A DNA stretch of 26,429 nt from a virus (taxonomy: Duplodnaviria > Caudoviricetes), in the IMG/VR virus record IMGVR_UViG_3300037462_000641, positions 1-26,429 of that record; one strand, given 5' to 3'. The notes beneath the pieces were generated by a model, which saw only the letters and a list, made by a program, of their open reading frames with translations, was not told the origin of the DNA and did no database searches. Numbering within the stretch: the stretch's first letter is position 1; each line of letters starts with the position of its first letter. The translations under genes and the position numbers were made by a program. Positions 1-7,021 of the stretch are shown in pieces.

Positions 1-34
1 AACGGACTGTCCGCTTATCTGTCCGCCAAAGCCG

Positions 35-64
35 ACGGGCGGGATGTTGTCCCGCCCGTTTTTT
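35..64. terminator. Intrinsic terminator-like hairpin downstream of the tRNA 3' fragment
   Basis: ACGGGCGGGA (35-44) pairs with TCCCGCCCGT (50-59). T-run follows on the + strand; a weaker CTTT follows on the - strand. Confidence 0.7.
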
Positions 65-75
65 GTGGCCAGTTG

Positions 76-125
76 TGGTGGGCCGTGCGGGGCTCGAACC
101 TGCGACCCGCTGATTAAGAGTCAGC
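76..125 (-). tRNA. 3' half of tRNA-Lys(CTT), 50 bp; att core, not a full tRNA
   Basis: Reverse complement reads GCTGACT-CTT-AATCAGC GGGTC GCAGG TTCGAGC CCCGC ACGGCCC ACCA: anticodon arm, T arm, acceptor 3' strand, CCA. The D arm and 5' acceptor strand are absent beyond 125. Confidence 0.93.
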
Positions 126-183
126 GACAGGTGCGTTTCAGGACGGTTTCGGGCGCACCAAATCAGGCGATTTTCGCCCGCCC

Positions 184-258
184 TGTATCCCACTGTTTCC
201 CGGTGTTTCGTTTTTTGTTGCGGAATTTGTTGCGACGCGCTAAAGTCGCCCAACAAAA
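184..258. repeat. Putative att-arm sites (Xis-type and Int arm-type repeats)
   Basis: TGTATCC, TGTTTCC, TGTTTCG at 184, 194, 204 (10-bp period). TTTGTTGCG at 214 and 226 (12-bp period), with an inverted CAACAAA copy at 251. Confidence 0.6.
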
Positions 259-278
259 TAAAAATGAAGGGGTGTCAC

Positions 279-347
279 ATGTTTGATCTAAAAAATCCAT
301 GTCCCGGCGAACGTGAGCAGCAGTGCGCCGCGCTCACGGTGCGCTGA
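279..347 (+). CDS. Possible 22-aa upstream peptide coupled to the integrase
   Basis: GAAGGGG SD-like element, ATG279, MFDLKNPCPGEREQQCAALTVR; its TGA overlaps int ATG347 (TGATG). Confidence 0.35.
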   Translation: MFDLKNPCPGEREQQCAALTVR

Positions 348-1486
348 TGACGCGCGGACGCCCGCGCGAAGGCGGGATTCGCAAACTCAGCGACGGGCGC
401 TTTGAGGTTTGCGCCACCTACACCGACTTTCGCGGTCAGCGCCGCGCGCTGCGTCGCATCGCCGCGAACAAAACCGCCGCACTCGCCCTTCGCCGCGAAC
501 TCTGCGCACTCGCCGACGAACGCGCCCGCGCCGCCGCGCCGCCTTCCGCCGCCCCGCGCACGATGCCCGACCTGCTGGCGCACTTCGCGGCGAATCACTG
601 CCAGCCGGCCGAGTACCGGGATGGGAGAAAAATCTCCGGTCGGCGTTCGCTGCGCGGATTGAAAGCGCAACTTGCGGCCATCGAGGCGCACTTCGGCGCG
701 CAACGCCTTGATCGCATCACGCACGCCGACTGCGATCAATTCCGCCTGGCGCGCCTGCGTACGCCGACCGCGCGCGGCAATCCGCGCACCATTGCAACCG
801 TCAACCGTGAGATCGCATTGCTTCGGCGCGCCCTCAACGTCGCCTGCCAGCAGGGTTGGATTTCCCAAAATCCATTCCAGCGTGGCGAGCCGTTGATCGC
901 CGCGGCCGCCGAAAATCGCCGTACGCGCATTCTGTCGCGCGACGAAGAGCGGCGGTTGCTGGCCGCATGCACGGGGCCACGGGCGCACCTCTACGCCGTA
1001 GTGGTCGCTGCACTTGATACCGGTTGCCGCAAAGGGGAATTGCTCAACGCGACATGGCGCGAGGTTGAGCTCGCAGAGCGCACCATCACTGTGGCAAGTC
1101 ACAAAGGGGGACGCCACAGCGTGCGCGTCGTCGGACTGACCGAGCGGCTGCACGCGATCCTATGCGCCCGCCGCGCCGCCGCGAACGCCGACGACCGCGT
1201 CTTTGCCGTCGGTGACGTGAAAAGAGCATGGGCGTCCGCGTGCCGGGCCGCCGGACTCTCCGAACTGAGATTCCACGACCTTCGGCACACCGCCGCGACG
1301 CGCCTCGCCGAGGCGTTGCCGCTGGCGCAAGTGGGAAATTTGCTGGGCCACACGCAGCTGACCACCACCGCCAGGTACGTCAACCTCGGCGAGGACGTAC
1401 GGCGTCGCGCCGTGGATGCGCTTGATGCGTTCAACGCCGAAACGGAAGACGATGCGCTTGCGGAAACTCCGAATTTCTTGCATTGA
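347..1486 (+). CDS. int: Tyrosine recombinase / phage integrase
   Basis: Catalytic motifs GCRKGELL (R), FHDLRH (HxxR), LLGH and TARY (Y); next to the tRNA att. Start at ATG347 (alternative GTG323). Confidence 0.96.
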   Translation: MTRGRPREGGIRKLSDGRFEVCATYTDFRGQRRALRRIAANKTAALALRRELCALADERARAAAPPSAAPRTMPDLLAHFAANHCQPAEYRDGRKISGRRSLRGLKAQLAAIEAHFGAQRLDRITHADCDQFRLARLRTPTARGNPRTIATVNREIALLRRALNVACQQGWISQNPFQRGEPLIAAAAENRRTRILSRDEERRLLAACTGPRAHLYAVVVAALDTGCRKGELLNATWREVELAERTITVASHKGGRHSVRVVGLTERLHAILCARRAAANADDRVFAVGDVKRAWASACRAAGLSELRFHDLRHTAATRLAEALPLAQVGNLLGHTQLTTTARYVNLGEDVRRRAVDALDAFNAETEDDALAETPNFLH

Positions 1487-1513
1487 GCCCCTTTGGATTC
1501 ATCGCCGAGGGCG

Positions 1514-1738
1514 TCAGTTCTTTGGGAGCGGACGGGTCAGTTCCGTCGTCAACTCTTCAAGGGCTTCAATTCTCACATCGTGATCGAAGTTGGATTTGAC
1601 CAAAGCGTCCATCTTCCGAACCAGCAGCTTCATCTCGCCTTCCAGTCGATCAAAGCGCGCGTTTATTCGCTCTTCCATTGCGGCGAGCCGTTCCAAAACT
1701 GTTTCAATCGTCGGCTTGGTTTCCATGTCAGCCTCCAT
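1514..1738 (-). CDS. Small coiled-coil hypothetical protein
   Basis: Heptad pattern (TIETVLERLAAMEERINARFDRLEGEMK); starts right after the stop of the SWIM gene. Confidence 0.75.
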   Translation of the reverse strand: MEADMETKPTIETVLERLAAMEERINARFDRLEGEMKLLVRKMDALVKSNFDHDVRIEALEELTTELTRPLPKN

Positions 1739-1739
1739 T

Positions 1740-2447
1740 TTATTTTTTGTCCAAAAACAGAAAAATCGTGATGCTGGCGGCCAGCCCGATGAAAATCACA
1801 ACCACTATCCAGACCAGCTTCCGAACGATGGACCACAAAAAACTTGGACTTGACACCCCGGCCTGGATGAGGAACTGAGGCGTCGCCGTCACGGTTTCCG
1901 CGTTGGTCCGTCTTGCCGGACGGCCCTGGCGAATCGTCTCTTTGATCGCCGTCGCGTTGTGCGGCGCAGCCCCGTATGACCATCGCCCTTCCTCAAGGTT
2001 GTATCCAAATCTCCCGTAAGGCGTCCGCTTCGGCAGATTGCGTCGGGCGGCCCAAATATTGACCCAGGGGTTTCCGCGCTCCGATGAAACGATCACGAGG
2101 CGGCCGGCGTCGTCATACGCCTCGATCAAATCAAATGGCCAAATCACGTCCTCTTCGCAGTCGGCGAAGAGGATTTTCGACAGTCCGGCGAGCGCAACCC
2201 CCGATTCGGGTGTTTGAATGGCGCTGACAATGTGTTTGCAGCAGCGACGAATGTCACGTCCGGCGAAGCGCGCCCGCTTCTCTTGAAAGTCTTTGCAGGT
2301 GCAGGTGAGCGCACCCAAATCCACTTGATACGATCCTTGTCCTGAAGATGAACGAATCGAAAAAAGTTTTTTTCCGGTTGCTTCCGGTACCAAAGTCCAT
2401 TCCGGCGTGACGGCAACTTTTTTCAACATGAGCGGATGCTCCAGCAT
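1740..2447 (-). CDS. SWIM zinc-finger protein with C-terminal transmembrane helix
   Basis: YQVDLGALTCTCKDF...RCCKHI fits SWIM CxC-xn-CxH; hydrophobic C-terminus LVWIVVVIFIGLAASITIFLFL. Confidence 0.85.
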   Translation of the reverse strand: MLEHPLMLKKVAVTPEWTLVPEATGKKLFSIRSSSGQGSYQVDLGALTCTCKDFQEKRARFAGRDIRRCCKHIVSAIQTPESGVALAGLSKILFADCEEDVIWPFDLIEAYDDAGRLVIVSSERGNPWVNIWAARRNLPKRTPYGRFGYNLEEGRWSYGAAPHNATAIKETIRQGRPARRTNAETVTATPQFLIQAGVSSPSFLWSIVRKLVWIVVVIFIGLAASITIFLFLDKK

Positions 2448-2585
2448 GCTTTCCCGGCGTCGGTGCAGGGGCGTGACGAGACGCCGGGCAAAATCAAAAT
2501 CGGGTAAAATCTTCAGCTTGAATCGCTTGAATCAAACCTTTTTCGCGCGTTATCTGGTAAGCGAAATTCCAATAAGTTTTTTCGA

Positions 2586-2789
2586 TTAAGCGGTTTGCCT
2601 CAAAAGAGAAGGGGAAATGGATTGCTGCTCATACATGGATAAACCCAACTCGATCATTTTTAATGCCGACTGACTTAAAGTCCATTCATGGCTTTCGGCA
2701 ATCTCAGTCAGCTTTGCTTTGATTGATGGCGGAGCTTTGACCGCGATCTGTTCCGTTCGTTTTTCCTTTCCGTAAGGTCTTCTGGACAT
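2586..2789 (-). CDS. Ribbon-helix-helix (Arc/CopG-like) regulator, leftward
   Basis: Alternating strand QIAVKA, then helices IKAKLTEIAESHEW and TLSQSALKMIELGL; SD AAAGGAG on the - strand. Confidence 0.8.
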   Translation of the reverse strand: MSRRPYGKEKRTEQIAVKAPPSIKAKLTEIAESHEWTLSQSALKMIELGLSMYEQQSISPSLLRQTA

Positions 2790-2860
2790 GGTTTGAACTC
2801 CTTTGCTTTTAGTTTACGAAGTCTACCGAAGCTGGATGCGGCGTGATACGTTTTTTATGC

Positions 2861-2889
2861 TTGCAAAGGTAAACCAATTAAGATAAGAT
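2861..2889 (+). promoter_or_regulatory. Sigma70-type rightward early promoter
   Basis: TTGCAA (2861-2866), 17 bp spacer, TAAGAT (2884-2889); predicted +1 falls near ATG2896. Confidence 0.65.
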
Positions 2890-2895
2890 TTTTGT

Positions 2896-3156
2896 ATGCA
2901 CATGAAGAGTCCTAAGTCCATTCCGCTCACGACAAAAGTCTCGCCAGAGATCATTCAAATGATCGAATCCATTGCGGCGGAACGGGAATGGAGTTTGTCG
3001 CATGCAACGAAACATCTACTAAAGAAGGGCCTGGAAGCTTACAGCGGAACATCTGACGGCGCGTCGGTGACGATGGCACATGGGAAAGGCGTGACGGCTG
3101 CCAATGCCACCTCGTCAATGCGACGCTCCTTCAGACCTTCCGGTCAAGAGCAATAG
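2896..3156 (+). CDS. Ribbon-helix-helix regulator, rightward (cro position)
   Basis: SIPLTTKVSPEIIQMIESIAAEREWSLSHATKHLLKKGL is an RHH pattern and aligns with the divergent gene. Confidence 0.8.
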   Translation: MHMKSPKSIPLTTKVSPEIIQMIESIAAEREWSLSHATKHLLKKGLEAYSGTSDGASVTMAHGKGVTAANATSSMRRSFRPSGQEQ

Positions 3157-3157
3157 G

Positions 3158-3474
3158 GCTGAGATCGGCGCCTTTGCCTCGCGCAAACGACCAAGGAGTT
3201 TTTTGCGATTGTAGGGCCAGCGACCGTACCTCAGTGTCCAGGGGGCGTGGGGTGAGGGACAACGCTCCGATACTGTCACCCTGACAGCCGGGAATGCAGA
3301 CCGGCAACAAATTCCAGGCGGCCCGCCGCCAAAAACGCTTCGTGCGGGCGTGCAAGACGAAGCGCAACCAATAGGGAAGATGGGCGGCTTCGATTGCACT
3401 TCCGGCTTGCTCGCCGCAGGGCAGGACTTCCGCAGAGGGCGCCGGTCAAGTCGGGATTGCAATCGAAGCCGCCC
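3158..3474 (+). ncRNA. Candidate structured non-coding RNA / leader (array of stem-loops)
   Basis: Consecutive hairpins, including a perfect 17-bp inverted repeat (3382-3398 with 3458-3474) extended by 10 bp containing G-U pairs; no convincing ORF. Confidence 0.5.
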
Positions 3475-3492
3475 TGCAAGCAAGAGGGCGCA

Positions 3493-3807
3493 ATGATGAA
3501 GGGAACGCGAGATTTCAAAATTGAGATTGTGTCAGCCGAGGACGCCGACGAACACGAAGTCATGGCCGCCGCGCGAAACCGCAAAACCTGGTCCGCCGAT
3601 GCGGGGATTGAGTTTCGCATGAGCTTGCTTGAAGACGTTCAACGTATGCAGGGCGGGACGCGGCGATGCGAGGAATACGGGATTCGCCAGAGAGCCGACA
3701 GCGATTTCGAGCAAATCGGACTGCTGCAACATCAACTCATGGAGCGCGTCGCGGCTGAAGCGGCGGCAAACGCCATGCGAGATTCGGCGGCTGCGCGCGC
3801 GGTGTAG
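3493..3807 (+). CDS. Hypothetical phage early protein (104 aa)
   Basis: SD-like GAGGG before ATG3493; protein-like composition from that start onward. Confidence 0.7.
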   Translation: MMKGTRDFKIEIVSAEDADEHEVMAAARNRKTWSADAGIEFRMSLLEDVQRMQGGTRRCEEYGIRQRADSDFEQIGLLQHQLMERVAAEAAANAMRDSAAARAV

Positions 3808-3967
3808 CGCCGAATGGCGGGGGACGCCTCATAAGCCAATCCCCCGCCCAACCCTGCAAGGATTTGGCCGTTTCTCCGCGTTCTCTCACATGCGCCAGCG
3901 GAAGCCCCACGTCCAAATCCTTGGATGGTTGGGGAGACCATCCGGTTGTAAACATCCTCCAAAGTTT

Positions 3968-3995
3968 GGGGCGGCCGCACCCGCCCCGTTTTTTT
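3968..3995 (+). terminator. Intrinsic terminator in the early operon
   Basis: GGGGCGG (3968-3974) pairs with CCGCCCC (3981-3987), followed by GTTTTTTT. Confidence 0.75.
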
Positions 3996-4084
3996 CGCAA
4001 AAATTTCAGAGATTGGCGCGGTCGGGCGGGGATGGCTACTGTCTGTAAATGGCTCCGGTCGCGCCAAAACTACGTGGGGCAGGC

Positions 4085-4353
4085 ATGAAGATCGCGATAC
4101 GCGAGTCTCCGCATATGGCTCGGTTTGGGTGGGGCTGGATCGTTGAAGTGGATGACTATCCGCCGCACTCCGCTGATAAGTTCCCGTTCGTTCACTTTCT
4201 TGCTCCGTCCGAAGCTGAGGCGAAAAGTACCTCTGCCAGATAATTCGGCGCAGCGCGTGCTGCGTGGCGGGCCCGATTGGCGATTTGGCAGAGTATAACC
4301 AAGCCCGCCTTCTTCAAGAGAATACAGGAGATCAAAATGAAAAATCCACCTGA
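4085..4353 (+). pseudogene. Small hypothetical gene, probably frameshifted in the A-run at 4223-4226
   Basis: Frame from ATG4085 stops at TAA 4241-4243. The -1 frame continues KYLCQIIRRSACCVAGPIGDLAEYNQARLLQENTGDQNEKST to TGA 4351-4353, overlapping the next ATG like other genes in this operon. Confidence 0.45.
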
Positions 4354-4540
4354 CAGAATATTTTTGCAGTGGCATGGGGACGCTGACGCCAACTTATACA
4401 GAGGCGAGGAGCCGGGCGAGGTGACTTGGTCGTCCGAGCGAATTTTTCATTCAGACATTCAATATGTGATGTGCAAAAAAAAGCGGTTCGCCTGCACGCC
4501 GCCGCCGCCGTCAGCAAACGCCATGCTTGGCGAAAATTGA
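4337..4540 (+). CDS. Hypothetical phage protein
   Basis: Strong SD AGGAG before ATG4337; MKNPPDRIFLQW...VTWSSERIFHSDIQYV. Confidence 0.75.
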   Translation: MKNPPDRIFLQWHGDADANLYRGEEPGEVTWSSERIFHSDIQYVMCKKKRFACTPPPPSANAMLGEN

Positions 4541-4561
4541 TCGATCCAGGATGGTGACGCC

Positions 4562-4849
4562 ATGCAAATGCTGATTTTCAATGTGCCCGAAAACGCTGGC
4601 AAAGAAGTTCATTCCGCCATCCAGGCCCTCATCCGACTGGCGACCCCGGTCGAGGCATCGTCACCCGCGCCCGCCGCGCCGCGCGAATGGCTTTCAATTG
4701 AGCAAGCCGCTGAATATTGCGGAGCGTCGCGCACGACAATTTATCGCTGGCGGAAAAACGGGTTGATCAAATCGTCGCCCGCCGTCACGGGGCGTCCGCG
4801 CTTTGAGCGCGCCGCGCTCGACAGATTTTTGAAAGGGATCAAAAGATGA
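4562..4849 (+). CDS. Excisionase-like winged HTH DNA-binding protein
   Basis: WLSIEQAAEYCGASRTTIYRWRKNGLI...RPRFERAALDRFL is an HTH_17/Xis-type pattern. Confidence 0.85.
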   Translation: MQMLIFNVPENAGKEVHSAIQALIRLATPVEASSPAPAAPREWLSIEQAAEYCGASRTTIYRWRKNGLIKSSPAVTGRPRFERAALDRFLKGIKR

Positions 4850-5208
4850 ATTTCCCAAAAGAAAAACTTTTGCCGGTTTTGCTGACCGAGTTGGAGAAGC
4901 AACAGCGCGGCCAAATTCTGGCAAGCAACCTCATCGACCTTCAAAAAATGCAGGATGAGGCAAAAGAGTCCGCTAAATCCTGGCGAAATAGAATCAAAAA
5001 CCTGGAGGAATTGATTTGGCACGATTCAAAAGTTCTGAAGGACGGCGAGGAGAAACGCATGGTCAAGGTGAAATACCAAAGCGATCTGGGCAAGCAAAAA
5101 ATCCAAACGATTCGCATTGATACCGGCGAAATTTGCGAGGAACGCGAGGCCACTCAAGCCGAGCGCGACCGGCTTTTCGACGAATGGCCGGAAGAGATCG
5201 GAGACTGA
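4846..5208 (+). CDS. Hypothetical phage protein (coiled coil plus RIDTGE motif)
   Basis: ATGA overlap with the upstream gene; coherent 120-aa ORF. Confidence 0.8.
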   Translation: MNFPKEKLLPVLLTELEKQQRGQILASNLIDLQKMQDEAKESAKSWRNRIKNLEELIWHDSKVLKDGEEKRMVKVKYQSDLGKQKIQTIRIDTGEICEEREATQAERDRLFDEWPEEIGD

Positions 5209-5209
5209 A

Positions 5210-5866
5210 ATGCTGAAACTGTGGAACGCCCTAAATGCCGAATCCCCAAACCTGGAACTGTTTCCAGCGGTGCCGGGTTTTGCAATATTGCGAAATTTCC
5301 TCCCGAAGGACGTTCGCGCGCGTTTCATCGAGCTGGCCCAAACCCAGCTTGCGGGAGACTGGCATGTCCCCAAGACAAGAAGCGGGCTTTCCTTCTCAGT
5401 CAAAATTGCATGCTTTGGGTGGAGATGGACAGCGCAGGGATACGAACCGCCCAACCATTTGATGCCACGCGAGATTGTGGAATGGTCCAGGCGCGCGGCG
5501 AATCGGGTATTCATGCAATACGGAGATTGGTCGCCGCAGACAGCGATCTGCAACTGGTACGGGCGAGAATCAAAACTGGGACTGCACGTAGACCGCCAAG
5601 AGGACCCGGCGACGATCAACGCCGGAATGCCCATTGTCACGTTTTCATTCGGCGACGACGCGGAACTTGCCATTCGCCTCAACGAAAAAGACAAGTTGAC
5701 AAAAGTCGTCATCGAAGATTCCGACGCTTTCGTAATGGGCGGAATGGCACGGAGCGCAGAGCATGGCATTCTGCGCATCAAGCCGCTGACAGGGCCAAAA
5801 ATCGGAAAAGCGAAAGAGGGCCGACTGTCGATCACAGTCAGACAAGTAACAGGGAGCATTTCATGA
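5210..5866 (+). CDS. alkB: AlkB-family 2-oxoglutarate/Fe(II) dioxygenase
   Basis: ICNWY...LGLHVDRQE (HxD), PIVTFSFGD, AFVMGG..R.AEHGI (distal H), GRLSITVRQ (Rx5R). Confidence 0.92.
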   Translation: MLKLWNALNAESPNLELFPAVPGFAILRNFLPKDVRARFIELAQTQLAGDWHVPKTRSGLSFSVKIACFGWRWTAQGYEPPNHLMPREIVEWSRRAANRVFMQYGDWSPQTAICNWYGRESKLGLHVDRQEDPATINAGMPIVTFSFGDDAELAIRLNEKDKLTKVVIEDSDAFVMGGMARSAEHGILRIKPLTGPKIGKAKEGRLSITVRQVTGSIS

Positions 5867-6261
5867 AGCCGAAGAAGCCCTTGATCTATCTCGCCAGTCC
5901 GTATTCATCCGACAATCCGGCCGTTATGGAAAATCGCCATGCCGCCGCGTGCACCGCCGCCGCCTCATTCATGGCCGGAGGGTTGGTCGTATTTTCCCCG
6001 ATTGCCCACACGCACATATTGAGCCGGTCGTTGCCCTCGTTCCTCAGAAACGATCATGAATTTTGGATGGATCAAGACCTGTCCATCCTCAAAAAGTGTG
6101 ACGCCCTGGCCGTGCTCTGCTTACCTGGATGGGAAGATTCGCGTGGCGTGAAGGAGGAACTAGCTTTCGCAAAAAAACAGCACCTACCAACGTTTCTGAT
6201 CAATCCGCCATCCCCGAACTCAATCATGCGCTCGATAAGAGAGATTGCAGATGAGCTTTGA
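5863..6261 (+). CDS. DUF1937-like, nucleoside 2-deoxyribosyltransferase-fold protein
   Basis: IYLASPYS...VFSPIAHTH...FWMDQDLSILKKCDALAVLCLPGWEDSRGVKEELAFA; ATGA overlap with alkB. Confidence 0.85.
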   Translation: MKPKKPLIYLASPYSSDNPAVMENRHAAACTAAASFMAGGLVVFSPIAHTHILSRSLPSFLRNDHEFWMDQDLSILKKCDALAVLCLPGWEDSRGVKEELAFAKKQHLPTFLINPPSPNSIMRSIREIADEL

Positions 6262-7009
6262 TCTAATTCATGGCGATGCGTTTGATTTTCTGGCGGCGCA
6301 AGACGATGGCGCGTTCGACGCGATCATCACGGATCCCCCATTCAGCGAGCGCACCCACAGGGGATTCGCGCGACTGACCCGCGCCGACGGCTACCTGTCC
6401 AATAATTTGCAGTTCCCGCACCTGACCCCGGAGCAGGTGCGGGAACTGGCAAGGGAATTTGACCGAACAACCAAAAATTGGATTGTTTGGCTTACAGATC
6501 ACACCTTGGCCCCGATAATCGCCGCCGCCCTTGAAGAGATGGGCCGATACGTCTTTCCGCCCATTCCATTTATTGATGCGGAACGCGGCGTCAGAATTTG
6601 CGGCGACGGACCAGCCGGGCCAGCGTGCTGGATTGTCGTCTCTCGGCCAAAAAGCAAGGCAGGCGCAAAGTGCGGTTCGTTGCCCGGCTGGTACATCAAA
6701 AGTCCGCATTGGGGGAGCAACCTCATGGTCGGGGGCAAGCCGGTCGGACTGATGAAAAGATTGATTCTCGACTAAACCAGCAGCGGGCATCGAATTTGCG
6801 ACCCTTTTTTGGGCGCCGGAACGACCGGCGTCGCCGCAGTTGAGACGGGGCGGGCATTTTGGGGTTGCGAGATTGATGCGGAACGTTTCGCGCTGGCGAA
6901 AAAAAGAATAGAAGCCGTCGCCGCGCAGGCAAACCTTTTGGATGTCGCCGCAGAAGAAGCGGGTATCCAAGAAAAGCGACGGGCAAAGAAAGCAAATAAG
7001 TTTTGGTGA
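6251..7009 (+). pseudogene. Beta-class N6-adenine/N4-cytosine DNA methyltransferase interrupted by in-frame TAA (6773-6775)
   Basis: N-terminal IITDPPF; KPVGLMKRLILD*TSSGHRICDPFLGAGTTG (motif I) and GCEID continue in the same frame after the stop. Confidence 0.9.
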
Positions 7010-7021
7010 GAGGAGAAGCCA

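Noticed and set aside
76-150. Complete tRNA-Lys gene
   Set aside because: Similarity stops at the anticodon stem; there is no D arm or 5' acceptor strand.
44-286. 80-aa ORF over the att region
   Set aside because: It is a translation of the tRNA fragment antisense strand and the att arms, with no protein-like features.
275-1153. 292-aa minus-strand ORF
   Set aside because: Antisense shadow of the GC-rich integrase.
3158-4084. Retron msr/msd, DGR or CRISPR interpretation of the hairpin blocks
   Set aside because: No reverse transcriptase, no template/variable repeat pair and no regularly spaced direct repeats in the window.
5221-5862. N-terminal 214 aa of the 346-aa ORF in the track
   Set aside because: It overlaps alkB out of frame; the DUF1937-like domain starts at ATG5863 with an ATGA overlap.
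4241-6775. TAA stop-codon reassignment or read-through, suggested by two in-frame TAAs followed by open frames
   Set aside because: TAA is the true stop of several intact genes (C5 methyltransferase, portal, capsid, tail tube) and no suppressor tRNA is seen; point lesions explain both cases.
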